Position numbers and translations under genes: made by a program
Source: Myxococcota bacterium
GTDB lineage: Bacteria > Myxococcota_A > UBA9160 > SMWR01
Length of the DNA: 64,000 nucleotides
Assembly: GCA_039030075.1 (NCBI GenBank)
Contig: JBCCEW010000014.1
Location: 51,896 to 115,895 of the forward strand
Direction: 5' to 3'
In this document: piece after piece, positions 15,192-24,592 of the stretch
How the letters are laid out: every line of letters begins with the position of its first letter
Numbering within the stretch: the stretch's first letter is position 1
The notes under the pieces: model-generated
Seen by the model: only the letters and a program-made list of their open reading frames with translations
Told to the model about the DNA's origin: nothing
Database searches by the model: none

Positions 15192-16094
15192 CTAGACGGC
15201 TCCCTTCGCGAGCCGATGACGCGCCTGCAATGCGGCGGGAATCCCGCGACACTGGTCGAAGAGCGCGCGGCGCAGGTGAGGGCGTCCCAGCGCCTGCACG
15301 GCCTTGACGAGCTCGAAACCCAGGAGACCCGGCAGCTCCCGCAAGAGCTCCCCGCGCGACGCGTTCCGCAGGCTGACCCAGAGCCGGTTGCGCACCAGGT
15401 AGTACTCGGAGAACGGGACCGAAGCCCCCGAGCCGCCCCGTGCATGCAAGGCCGTCGCGTCGGCACAGAAGCGGCTCTGCCAACCCGCCCGGCGCAGCCT
15501 CCAGGCGAGATCGACGTCCTCGTAGTACATGAACAAGCGCTCGGCGAAAGGCGACTCTTCGGGGCCCGACACGCTCGCGAGCGCTTCGCTCCGGTACAGG
15601 GTCGCGGCTCCACACGTGCCCCAGACATCCTCGTCGCGTCGGTATTGCGAGGCGGGCAGACCGCGGCCACGATCGACGAACCGGGTGTACCAGCGGTCGT
15701 AGCCGATTCCCGCCGAGTCGATGCGTTCGGGAGCATGCGCGTGGAGCAGCCGTCCCCCCGCGGCGCCGCGGCGCGGATCCTCGTCCAGGGCACCGCAGAG
15801 CGTCGCCACGTGGCCAGCCCCGAGCACCACATCGGGGTTCAACACCAGGAACGCGTCGCCGCGCGCACACAGGAAGTTCCGGTTGTGACCGCCGGCGTAG
15901 CCGACGTTCGACCCCACTGCGTCGAGCGAGACGTAGGGGTGGCGCTCCCGCAGACGCTCGATCGTCCCGTCCGTGGAGCCGCTGTCCACGACGAACACCT
16001 CGTCGACGATCGAGCCCTGCTTGCGCACGCCCGCCAGGCAGGCATCGATCTGGTTCGCGCTCTGGTGCGTCACGATGCTCACGCTGACGCGCAT
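15192..16094 (-). CDS. Glycosyltransferase family 2
   Basis: ATG at 16094 preceded by GGAGGGGG. MRVSVSIVTHQSANQIDACL...VFVVDSGSTDGT...LVLNPDVVL (GT-A, DxD-like). Directly abuts the asnB start. Confidence 0.85.
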   Translation of the reverse strand: MRVSVSIVTHQSANQIDACLAGVRKQGSIVDEVFVVDSGSTDGTIERLRERHPYVSLDAVGSNVGYAGGHNRNFLCARGDAFLVLNPDVVLGAGHVATLCGALDEDPRRGAAGGRLLHAHAPERIDSAGIGYDRWYTRFVDRGRGLPASQYRRDEDVWGTCGAATLYRSEALASVSGPEESPFAERLFMYYEDVDLAWRLRRAGWQSRFCADATALHARGGSGASVPFSEYYLVRNRLWVSLRNASRGELLRELPGLLGFELVKAVQALGRPHLRRALFDQCRGIPAALQARHRLAKGAV

Positions 16095-17365
16095 GCGTTT
16101 CCCCCTCCCGCCGCCACCAGCGCAACGACGCGTTCGCGAATGCGTTCCATGGACTCCGGCGCGGCGAACGCAGCCCGCTCGCCCGACGTCAGCGTGGGCA
16201 GCCCCCCGTTTCGCACCGCATCCAGCCAGCGGTCGAGCTGGCGACCGAGCGCCCGGGGCTCCGCCGGGTCGATGACGACACCGGTGCCGGCGGTCGCGAC
16301 CCAATCGGCGAGACCCCCCGCTGGCGTCCAGGCCAGGAGCGGGCGTCCCGCCGCGATCGCATCAAAGCACTTCCCCGGAATCGGATCGGTTCCGAACGGA
16401 GCGTCCGCGCTCAGCACCAGCGCGGCATGTGCTGCAGCGAGTTCGCGTCCCAGCGCCGCGCGCGGAACCGCGGGCGCGATCATCACCCAGTCCTGCAGGC
16501 CCCGCGCCCCGATTTCTCCGCTCAGTCCCGCTTCGGCGCCGAGCAGTCGCAGCGCGAAGTGCGCGTTGGGCCGACGCGCACGCCACGCGACCAGGGCATC
16601 CAGGAAGCGCCCGAAGCTCGACGCCATCTGGTTCAGTCCAATGGAACCCGCGTGGACCAGCCGCAGGGTGGGTCCGCTGGGAGCGGGCATCGGAGCGGGA
16701 TCCTCCGGTGCGAAGCCGGTCAACACCGTCGTGCTGCGCGCGGCGAGGTCGGGACAGCGCCGCACGGCGCGCTCATGCGCCGCGGCGCCGGCGAACACCA
16801 CGCTGCCCGCCCGCGCGAACACCGCCGCTTCCAGACGGGACTCCAAGCGACGCCGCGCCGGACCGAAGTCGACCCGGGTGGGACAATCGAGCCAACCGTC
16901 CCGGAAGTCGGCGAGCCAGGGCAGGCCCTGTCGCGACAACGCCCAGCCGACGCCGTGGGCCGAATAGGGAGGTGCGGTCGTATAGACCGCGTCGAAGCGG
17001 GCCGTGCGCGTGAGCGCCAGCGCGGCCGGAATCGCCAGCGCGCTCCAGCCTACGGCCAGGTCCGGAACCAACCAACGACGCAAGCGACCCGGGCCCGGTG
17101 TCGTGCGCGATCCGCGGGGCACCGACCGGCGTCGATCTCGCCAGTCGGCCACGCGACCCCAATCGGGATTGGGCACGCGAACCACGCGCGCGACCTCCGG
17201 AATCCGACGGAGGCCTTCGGGATCGTGGGCCCAGGCCGCGTCATCAACGGTGAGCACCCAGGGTTCGTCCCCCCGCTCCGCGAGATGCCGGACCCACTGC
17301 AGGGTCCGGTGCACGCCCCCGCCGCCGAGGGGCGGGAAGTAGTACGCCACCACCAGCACCCTCAT
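16079..17365 (-). CDS. Glycosyltransferase family 4-like
   Basis: ATG at 17365 overlaps the upstream stop (ATGA). MRVLVVAYYFPPLGGGGVHRTLQWVRHLAERG is a typical GT-B N-terminus. Overlaps the GT2 start by 16 nt. Confidence 0.8.
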   Translation of the reverse strand: MRVLVVAYYFPPLGGGGVHRTLQWVRHLAERGDEPWVLTVDDAAWAHDPEGLRRIPEVARVVRVPNPDWGRVADWRDRRRSVPRGSRTTPGPGRLRRWLVPDLAVGWSALAIPAALALTRTARFDAVYTTAPPYSAHGVGWALSRQGLPWLADFRDGWLDCPTRVDFGPARRRLESRLEAAVFARAGSVVFAGAAAHERAVRRCPDLAARSTTVLTGFAPEDPAPMPAPSGPTLRLVHAGSIGLNQMASSFGRFLDALVAWRARRPNAHFALRLLGAEAGLSGEIGARGLQDWVMIAPAVPRAALGRELAAAHAALVLSADAPFGTDPIPGKCFDAIAAGRPLLAWTPAGGLADWVATAGTGVVIDPAEPRALGRQLDRWLDAVRNGGLPTLTSGERAAFAAPESMERIRERVVALVAAGGGNACASA

Positions 17366-18651
17366 GCGGGCACCTCGGCCGGTGCCACCGCCGAGCGGGA
17401 TACGCTGCGCTCCCGCGCGACGCCGATGGCTGCGATCGTCAGGTAGAGCACGAGGACCTGCGCGCGGTGGCGGTAGGCCGTTCCGAGGTTGGCCTCGACC
17501 AGTGCGTACGCGACGGTGATGAGCACCGCGATCGCCAGCAGCGGCAGGCAGGCGGCTTCGCGACGCTGCCAGAGGCCACGCAACCCGAACCCGATTTGGG
17601 GTAGGAGTGCATACCAAGCCAGCATCTCGGGGAGCGTCATCCATTGCCGCGCGTTCCAGAGCTGCCACGGCGCGGGGGCGAAGAGGAAGTAGCCGAGTCC
17701 GACAGGCAGGAAACGAAGCGCGGCCAAGGGCGAAGACACGTCCGCGTCTCCGTGGTAGGCCGAGCCACCAACGGCGAGGTTGCGCCGGTGCTGCTCGAGC
17801 AGGTCGAATCGCAACGAAGGCATCTGCTCGCTCTGCAGCCCGGCTGCGCCCGTGAGGGCTACGCCCGCGAGGGTGGCCGCCACCAGCAACAGCGCCGGGA
17901 CGCTGCGCAAGCGCGGCAACACCAGACCGACCGCCGCCCCGGCCAGGACGATCCAGACCAGGTAGTCCCGCAGCTGCGAGAGCAACGCGACACCGACGCA
18001 GAGTTGGACCAGCGCGCCGGCGGAGGGTCGCTGCTGGAGCCGCTGGGTGCCGCGTACCACCAGCAAGAGCGTCACGATCGCGGCGGCGTCCTTCAGATTG
18101 AGGCTCGACCAGAGCACCAGGGACGGGAAGAACGCCGCGAGCCCCGCGGCGATGCGGGCGGCCCGAACGTCGGCGAGGTCACGCGCGATCCGGTAGACGA
18201 GCACCACCGAGCCACCGGCGATCGCAGCGTTCGAGAACGTCACCGCGAGCGGAACGAACCCCACCGCCGAGTAGACGAGAGCGTTCCACACGTAGTAGCC
18301 GGGCTTCGCGTGGATGTTCTCCGGAAGGCTGCCCTCCCCGGCCCAGGCCCGGGCCATGGCCTCGCCGAGCCACTCGTAGCGGCGCTGGTCGAGAGAGAAG
18401 AAGTTCTCCGGCGCCAACGTCGCGATCACCGTCGCGACGATCAACCGCACCCCGACCGCGGCCGCGACCAGGGCGAACAGGGCCTGGGCTTCGTCACGGG
18501 GCACGCGCAAGGCGATCCAGGCGAAGAGCGGAAGCGCCAACACGAAGCACACGGCCAACGCCGAACGCAGGCTGTTCGGCAGTGCAAGCGTCATCAGGCA
18601 CAGGAGTCCGCCAAAGACGACGGCGCGCTGCAGCTCCCCGTTCCGGTTCAC
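17362..18651 (-). CDS. Polytopic membrane protein, GT-C/ArnT-like glycosyltransferase or polymerase candidate
   Basis: GTG at 18651 overlaps the upstream stop (GTGA). About 429 aa and more than 10 hydrophobic segments. GYYVWNALVYSAVGFVPLAVTFSNAAIAGGSVVLVYRIARDLADVRAARIAAGLAAFFPSLVLWSS resembles PMT_2/ArnT-type proteins. Confidence 0.55.
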   Translation of the reverse strand: MNRNGELQRAVVFGGLLCLMTLALPNSLRSALAVCFVLALPLFAWIALRVPRDEAQALFALVAAAVGVRLIVATVIATLAPENFFSLDQRRYEWLGEAMARAWAGEGSLPENIHAKPGYYVWNALVYSAVGFVPLAVTFSNAAIAGGSVVLVYRIARDLADVRAARIAAGLAAFFPSLVLWSSLNLKDAAAIVTLLLVVRGTQRLQQRPSAGALVQLCVGVALLSQLRDYLVWIVLAGAAVGLVLPRLRSVPALLLVAATLAGVALTGAAGLQSEQMPSLRFDLLEQHRRNLAVGGSAYHGDADVSSPLAALRFLPVGLGYFLFAPAPWQLWNARQWMTLPEMLAWYALLPQIGFGLRGLWQRREAACLPLLAIAVLITVAYALVEANLGTAYRHRAQVLVLYLTIAAIGVARERSVSRSAVAPAEVPA

Positions 18652-20678
18652 CCCTCGCCTCCCTGGGCCAGGCGCTCGCGTTCCACGGCAAGACCGGCGT
18701 GCTCCGGCCAACGCCGCTCGGCCTGACGCAAGACGGCTTCGGCCCGAGAGGTTTCCCCCGCCACCCGCCAACCGCGGGCCGCCGCGAAGGCGAGCTGGGG
18801 GCGTTCGGGCGCGAGGCGCGCACCAGACTCGTAGATCGACGCGGCCGCCGCGTAGTGCCCCGCGCGCTCGAGCGCGAGACCGGCTGCCGCGTGGACCTTG
18901 GGGCGTCGGGGCAGCATCGACTGCCACGTTTCGCCCGGAACCCCGAGCCGATCGAAGCGGGTCACGACATCCGCCACGGACTCCGGGCGAACGTCGATCC
19001 CGCGCGCCAGGTCCGCCAGGGCGGTTTCACGATCCCCGCGCTGCCATGCCAGGGCTGCGCGTTCGAAACGCAGCGCCGGCGACACCGGGTCGCGTAGGAT
19101 CGCCCGGTCGAGATCCGCCCTTGCGCCCGCTTCGTCCCCGAGCCGCCAATGGAGACGCGCCCGCTCCGCGAACGTGACGGCGCGCGCCGGAGCCCAGGCA
19201 CAGGCCCGGTCGCGTGCTTCGCGTGCCGCACGACGAATCGAACCGTCTCCGCCCCCCAGCACGAGCTTCGCTTCGGCGATCTCCGCCCGCTGTCGCCAGG
19301 CGTCCACGGAACGCGGTCGCAGCTTACGCGCGTCCCGTGACGCCGCCGCGGCTTCAGCGAAGGCGCCGCGTTGCAGGGCGTGATCCGCTCGGGCCATCGC
19401 CTGGGCAAACGCGAACTGGCTGCCGGCCTCGACGACGACCCACGCGGCCAACAAGACCCCCGCCGCACGGACCCAGACCCCCGAGACCTCGGGGCCCAGC
19501 GAGCGCAACCCGACTCCCAGTACACACGCGGCGGGAAACGCCAATGCGAACACCCGAAGCGGCGAATCGAAGCACGCGAAGATCCAGAGGGTCGCAGCGG
19601 CCGTCGCCGTGCTCGCGGCCCACACCGTACCCACCCGCAGGGCCCGCACGATCGCTACCCCCAGCGCGAGCAGCAAGAGCGCACCCGCCGCGCCGAACTC
19701 CCACAGGAGCTGCAGCGGCTCGTGGTGCGCGTGACGCGGGGCGTACGCCAACGTGTCGGGACGCATCGCCAGGAACGCATCCCGGTAGCCGCCGAGCCCC
19801 ACGCCGACGGGCCACGCGTCGACGAGCCCGCGGACGCCGACGGCGTTGAGCTGCCAACGGATCCCGACCGACGACTCGCCAGCGGGGCCCGCCCAGGGAA
19901 ACCACCCGGGCGCCAGGACCGGGAGCGCGAGTGTCGCAGCCGCCGCCAGCGCGAAGGCACCGGCGGTCCAGGCTGGAAGGGATCGCGGCCAATGGATCCT
20001 GCGCGAACCCACGCGATCGGGCCAACACGCGATGGCGATCCCCACGAGCAGCGCCAAGCCCCCCGCCCGCGACCCCGTCGCGAGCACGGCGAGTGCCTGA
20101 GTCCCGACGAGCACGCCGAGATTCCGCGCCAGCCGCGGAGCGCCGGCCCGCACCGCCCGACGCCACGCGGAGAGCGCCAGGGCGCTCGGCAACAGCAGGA
20201 ACGCCGCCAAGCGCGCCGGGTTACCGAAGGGAGCCGCGGCGGCCCCGAAGTCTCCGCCCCGGATTGCCCAGAGCGCTACCCCCGTTCCCAGTGCGAGCAA
20301 CCCCGCCCGCATCGCGTGTTGGACGGGACGCGGCGCCATCGCCGCAGCGAGGCACCAGGCCAGGCACACGCCCACGGCGACACCGGCCTGACGTGCTTCG
20401 CCAGGAACCGACGCCATGGACGCATGGGCCATCAGCGCCGCCAGACACAGCGGGACACCCAACCCGAGGGATGCGGGTGCGGGACGGAGGCGGCCCACGC
20501 CGAACACGACCGCGAGCGGAATCGCCACGGCGAACCACACACCCGCCTCGACGACGCCCGTGCGGCCATCGAAGAGGACGGCGAGCCCCACGAGTCCGGT
20601 CCACGCGAGGCCCAGCCCCCAGTGCCGCGCGCTAACCCGCACCCGCGGCCGCCCCATCGCTCGCCGGGTCTTCGACAC
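18648..20678 (-). CDS. O-antigen ligase/polymerase-like membrane domain fused to C-terminal TPR repeats
   Basis: The N-terminal ~430 aa are polytopic (Wzy_C-like). The C-terminal ~240 aa are TPR-like (ARADHALQRGAFAEAAAASRDARKLRPRSVDAW..., RAILRDPVSPALRFERAALAWQRGDRETALADLARGIDVRPES). The start is uncertain (20678 or ATG 20657); both overlap the Wzc-like gene end. Confidence 0.65.
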   Translation of the reverse strand: MSKTRRAMGRPRVRVSARHWGLGLAWTGLVGLAVLFDGRTGVVEAGVWFAVAIPLAVVFGVGRLRPAPASLGLGVPLCLAALMAHASMASVPGEARQAGVAVGVCLAWCLAAAMAPRPVQHAMRAGLLALGTGVALWAIRGGDFGAAAAPFGNPARLAAFLLLPSALALSAWRRAVRAGAPRLARNLGVLVGTQALAVLATGSRAGGLALLVGIAIACWPDRVGSRRIHWPRSLPAWTAGAFALAAAATLALPVLAPGWFPWAGPAGESSVGIRWQLNAVGVRGLVDAWPVGVGLGGYRDAFLAMRPDTLAYAPRHAHHEPLQLLWEFGAAGALLLLALGVAIVRALRVGTVWAASTATAAATLWIFACFDSPLRVFALAFPAACVLGVGLRSLGPEVSGVWVRAAGVLLAAWVVVEAGSQFAFAQAMARADHALQRGAFAEAAAASRDARKLRPRSVDAWRQRAEIAEAKLVLGGGDGSIRRAAREARDRACAWAPARAVTFAERARLHWRLGDEAGARADLDRAILRDPVSPALRFERAALAWQRGDRETALADLARGIDVRPESVADVVTRFDRLGVPGETWQSMLPRRPKVHAAAGLALERAGHYAAAASIYESGARLAPERPQLAFAAARGWRVAGETSRAEAVLRQAERRWPEHAGLAVERERLAQGGEG

Positions 20679-22503
20679 CGTACTGGTAGTAGCCGTAGAG
20701 CATCGAGCGTTCGTCGACGGGCGCCTTGTTGAGGACCACCCCGTAGAGACGCCCCCCAGAGCGTTCCAACTGGCGGAGCGCGGTCTTCACGATCTTGAGA
20801 TCGAAGCGCCCGCGTTCCACGACGAAGAGGACGCCATCCACGAGCCCACAGAGGAGCGACGAATCGATCAGCCCTCCGGCGGGCGGCGAATCGAGGAGTA
20901 CGTACTCGTAGTCCTCACGGAGCCCGACGATCAGCTCCTGCAACCGACGCGACTCGATCAGCTCGGCCGGGTTCGGCGGTCGGGTGCCGGCGGGGAGCAC
21001 ATCGAGATGCTCGATCCGACTCGCACACACCGCGCTCTCCAGCGACGCATCCCCGGCCAACACGTCCGCCAGCCCGGTGCCCTCCCCCATCCCGAAGAAC
21101 CGGTACAGGCTGGGTCGACGCAGATCCGTGTCGATGAGCAGAGTGCGTCGCCCGGATTGGGCGAGCGACACTCCGAGGTTCGCCAGCACCGTCGACTTCC
21201 CTTCTTCGGGCCCGGTGCTGGTCACGAGCACCACGCGCCGCGGCCGATCGACGTGGCTGAAGCGAAGATTGGTGCGCAGTGAGCGGAAGCTCTCCCCGAT
21301 CAGCCCCGAGGATGCCTCGGCCACCAGACGTCGGCTCTCTCCCTCGAACTCGCGCAGCACGCCGAGGGTCGGCAGACCGAGCACGCGCTGGATGTCGTCG
21401 GGCGTCGCGGCCGTGCGATCGAAGACTTCGACGGCGTAGGCCAGGGCCAGCCCGAAACACAGCCCCAGTACCGCCGCGATCACCAGCGCCCGGAGCGCCG
21501 CTGGCCCCACCGCGACGCGCGGGAGCTTCGCGGTCTCCAGGATCCGGATGTTGCCGCCCGCACCGTCCTCTTCGAGGTCGGCTTCCTTGAGCTTCTTGAG
21601 CAGCACCTGGTAGAGCTCCTGCTCGAGCTCGACGTCGCGCTTGAGGATTCGATACTGGATCCACTTGTGATGGTCGGCGGTGCGCTGGGCCTGCTCGGCA
21701 TCGAGCCCTGCGCGCAGACTGACCAGCTGCGCCTCGAGCTCTTGCACCTTCGGGTGCAGGCTCCGGTAGCGGCGTCGGAGCTGGCGCAACTCGACTTCGG
21801 CGTGGGCGATCCGCTCGCGAAGAGCCGCCTGGGCCGGGTCCGTCGCGGCGGGGCCATCGCCCACCGTCCCGGCGAAGTCGAGCTTCTCCACCTGGATGTA
21901 CTCGATCAGCCGCTCCTCGGAGCGGCGCAGGCTGTCGCGCACCGCTTCGGTCTCGGACGTCAGCCACGCCACCGAGCGCCGCTGAGCCGCGGAGCGCTGC
22001 TCCTGCGAGTAGTCGATGTAGGACTCGGCCATCGCGTTCGCCATGTCGCGGGCGATCGCCGGGTCCGGGTGGGTCACGCGCAGCAGCACGATGCGGGTGT
22101 CACGCACCCGCTCCACCTGGGTTCGCGCGCGGAGCGAGGCCAGCAGGGCGTCGCGGCGCTCGACCGGGCTCTCGTCGTCGATGCGACCGAGCAAGATTCC
22201 CGCGCCTTCGATGACCGGTTGGCTGCGCATGATCTCGAGCTGAGTCTCGAAGGAGCGCTGCTCGAGCAGGTACCCCTCGATCGCGCTGGCCCGATCCGAG
22301 AGCACGCCGCGCTGGGGCGTCGCGCCGACCAGGATCCGCGTCATCGCCTGGTAGACGGGGTCCACCCGATAAGCCAGGGCCGCGGCGACCACGACGAACC
22401 CCACGAAGACGCCCAGCACGATGCGCCAACGGCGCTGCAGGAAGCCGAGGGAATCGAGCAGGTGGGGATCGTCGTGCATGACCGAGTTGCGCGGCTCGCT
22501 CAC
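20632..22503 (-). CDS. Polysaccharide co-polymerase / tyrosine autokinase (Wzc-like)
   Basis: GTG at 22503 lies 4 nt after AGGAGG. Wzz-like N-terminus, coiled coil, then Walker A VTSTGPEEGKST, A' LLIDTDLRRPS, Walker B YVLLDSPP, and a Tyr-rich tail YGYYQYG. Confidence 0.9.
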   Translation of the reverse strand: MSEPRNSVMHDDPHLLDSLGFLQRRWRIVLGVFVGFVVVAAALAYRVDPVYQAMTRILVGATPQRGVLSDRASAIEGYLLEQRSFETQLEIMRSQPVIEGAGILLGRIDDESPVERRDALLASLRARTQVERVRDTRIVLLRVTHPDPAIARDMANAMAESYIDYSQEQRSAAQRRSVAWLTSETEAVRDSLRRSEERLIEYIQVEKLDFAGTVGDGPAATDPAQAALRERIAHAEVELRQLRRRYRSLHPKVQELEAQLVSLRAGLDAEQAQRTADHHKWIQYRILKRDVELEQELYQVLLKKLKEADLEEDGAGGNIRILETAKLPRVAVGPAALRALVIAAVLGLCFGLALAYAVEVFDRTAATPDDIQRVLGLPTLGVLREFEGESRRLVAEASSGLIGESFRSLRTNLRFSHVDRPRRVVLVTSTGPEEGKSTVLANLGVSLAQSGRRTLLIDTDLRRPSLYRFFGMGEGTGLADVLAGDASLESAVCASRIEHLDVLPAGTRPPNPAELIESRRLQELIVGLREDYEYVLLDSPPAGGLIDSSLLCGLVDGVLFVVERGRFDLKIVKTALRQLERSGGRLYGVVLNKAPVDERSMLYGYYQYGVEDPASDGAAAGAG

Positions 22504-22511
22504 AGGGCCTC

Positions 22512-23384
22512 CTAGAAGAAGCTCTCGGGCACGACGACGAGATCGCCGGCCTCGAGATCGATGTCCTTGGCGCCCGGCTTGCCGTCGACCAGATCGCCGA
22601 CTCGCACCCGCACTACCGCGCGCTCCTCGCCCTCACCGCGCACCAGACGCACGCGGTTCAGCGACGCGTACTCGGTGAAGCCCCCCGCGACGAGCACCGC
22701 GTCCAGCACCGTCGCAGCGTCGGCCAGGGCGTAGGCGCCGGGCTTCTCGACCTCGCCCATCACGCGAACGCGTCGCGGAATCCCCGCGGCCGGGTCCGAA
22801 CGCGAGATCACGACCAGCACGTCACCGGCTTCCACCGGCCGGTTCTCGGACAGGTCCCCGGAGAGCAGCGCCGCCACGTCCACCGGGGCCGTCCACTTCG
22901 GGTCACCGTCGCCCGGCGCGCGCAGGGGTTCACCGGGTTCGGGCGCCCCCATCCGGTAGAACTTCGCGGCCGATCCCGCATCGAGGCCGAGCCCGCCGGC
23001 CGCGAACAAGAGGTCCAACAGGCGCGTGTCCTCACCCACGGCGTACTGGCCAGGCCGCGCGACGGAACCGATCACCCAGGCCTTGCGCCGGGCGGAGGAC
23101 ACCAGCGCAACGCTCACCCGCGGCTCTCGGAGGAAGTCGCGTGCGAGTCGCTCCCGCAGGCGTTCGGCCAGCGCGCGCGTCGAGAGCCCCGCGGCCTCGA
23201 CTTCGCCCGCCAGCGCGTGACGCAAACGGCCCGACGCGTCGATCTCGTGCTCGCCCGAGAGATCGTGCTCTCGCCACACCTGCACGTCGACGACATCGCC
23301 GGGCCCCAGGCCGTAGTCCGTCACCTCTTCCGCGACGACGGGCGACGCCCAAAGCAGAAGAATCCATACGAAGCAATGCCACAT
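22512..23384 (-). CDS. Polysaccharide export protein (Wza/Poly_export + SLBB)
   Basis: Signal peptide MWHCFVWILLLWASPVVA. YGLGPGDVVDVQVW...(Poly_export) and LEAGDLVVVPESFF (SLBB-type C-terminus). Confidence 0.85.
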   Translation of the reverse strand: MWHCFVWILLLWASPVVAEEVTDYGLGPGDVVDVQVWREHDLSGEHEIDASGRLRHALAGEVEAAGLSTRALAERLRERLARDFLREPRVSVALVSSARRKAWVIGSVARPGQYAVGEDTRLLDLLFAAGGLGLDAGSAAKFYRMGAPEPGEPLRAPGDGDPKWTAPVDVAALLSGDLSENRPVEAGDVLVVISRSDPAAGIPRRVRVMGEVEKPGAYALADAATVLDAVLVAGGFTEYASLNRVRLVRGEGEERAVVRVRVGDLVDGKPGAKDIDLEAGDLVVVPESFF

Positions 23385-23386
23385 CT

Positions 23387-24592
23387 TCAGTACCGGTAGG
23401 AAAGCGTCGCGGTGACGCGGTTCTGGTCGAAGTCATCGAGGGTGTAGGCGCCGCGGTTGGCCCAATGGCGGTAGCCGAGAATGAGCTGCAGGCGCGTCCC
23501 GAGCTGTCGGCGCACCCGCACTTCCACGCCCCCGAAGAAGTTGGTGCTCGGGCTTCCCGCGAAGTCGCGCGAACCCTCGGCGTCGAGGTAGGTCAGGAAG
23601 CCCTCGATCTCGCCCGTCGTGCGCGGGCCGAACTCCTTCTCGATGCCGACGCGCCCGGTGGTGTCGTGGAACTCGCCGCCCTGGAGGTCGCTGGTGAAGC
23701 GGCTGTGGGCCCCGGCCTCGAAGTTCCAGCCGCGGCGATGGCGATAGCGCAGCTGTGCCGACCCGAGCAGGCGCGGCACGTCCGAGCGGCGCACGAAGTC
23801 GATCACTCCGTAGCCGCCGGCCAGCTCGAGTTCGAGGCGCGACAGCAAACGCGTCTCGAAGCCGAGGCGTCCCATGTAGAGCGTGTGGTCGGCGCTCGGG
23901 TCTTCGTCGAACTGACGGGCTCGCACCCGACCGCGCGCATAGAGCGCGCTGCGTCGCCCGAAGGCGCGTCGCAGCTCGACGCTCCCGCCTCCTTGCCAGT
24001 AGTCGGCGCGAAAGCGGCCGCCGGCTCGTCGCTGGGCGCCCTGTCCGGTGTTCAGCAGCGTGAAGCGCTCGGTGTCGAAGCGGGCCCCCTCGAGCGCGAA
24101 GATGACCTCGCGAATCGAGTCGAAGGCGTGGGCGAAGCGCAGCTCGGCCGAGGCCAGGTTCGTCTGCTGCAGGTTCGAACCCTGGTCTTCGGGGAGCCCG
24201 AGGAACTGGGGCTGGGGGGTGTAGACGTCGCTGAGGCGCAGCGTGAGGCCGCGCCACAGGCCCAGCTCCACATCGGCCTTGGCGCGATAGAACACCTGGT
24301 CGTCGAGTTCCCGCGTATCGAGGTACTGGCGGAAATCCGCCCCGACCTCTGCGCCGAGGTCGTAGGCGCGCCCGCGGTAGCCGAGCTCGAGTGCGGGTTG
24401 CACCCAGAGTGCGACGTCGCCCTCGGGATCCCTACGGCGCTGAAAGACGTTGTCGTCGGCCAGGCCATGCAGCGTCAACGAGGGGTGCCAGCGGAAGCGA
24501 CGCACGTCGCCCTCCTCCGCGAACCCGGCTTCGGCATGCGCGACGACGAGCCACGCGAGCCACCCCGCGACGAGACGCGTGCGACCACTCAT
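23387..24592 (-). CDS. Outer-membrane beta-barrel protein of EPS loci
   Basis: ATG at 24592 overlaps the upstream stop (ATGA). Signal peptide ...LAWLVVAHAEA. Alternating amphipathic strands throughout. C-terminal ...VTATLSYRY, an aromatic OMP terminus. Confidence 0.7.
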   Translation of the reverse strand: MSGRTRLVAGWLAWLVVAHAEAGFAEEGDVRRFRWHPSLTLHGLADDNVFQRRRDPEGDVALWVQPALELGYRGRAYDLGAEVGADFRQYLDTRELDDQVFYRAKADVELGLWRGLTLRLSDVYTPQPQFLGLPEDQGSNLQQTNLASAELRFAHAFDSIREVIFALEGARFDTERFTLLNTGQGAQRRAGGRFRADYWQGGGSVELRRAFGRRSALYARGRVRARQFDEDPSADHTLYMGRLGFETRLLSRLELELAGGYGVIDFVRRSDVPRLLGSAQLRYRHRRGWNFEAGAHSRFTSDLQGGEFHDTTGRVGIEKEFGPRTTGEIEGFLTYLDAEGSRDFAGSPSTNFFGGVEVRVRRQLGTRLQLILGYRHWANRGAYTLDDFDQNRVTATLSYRY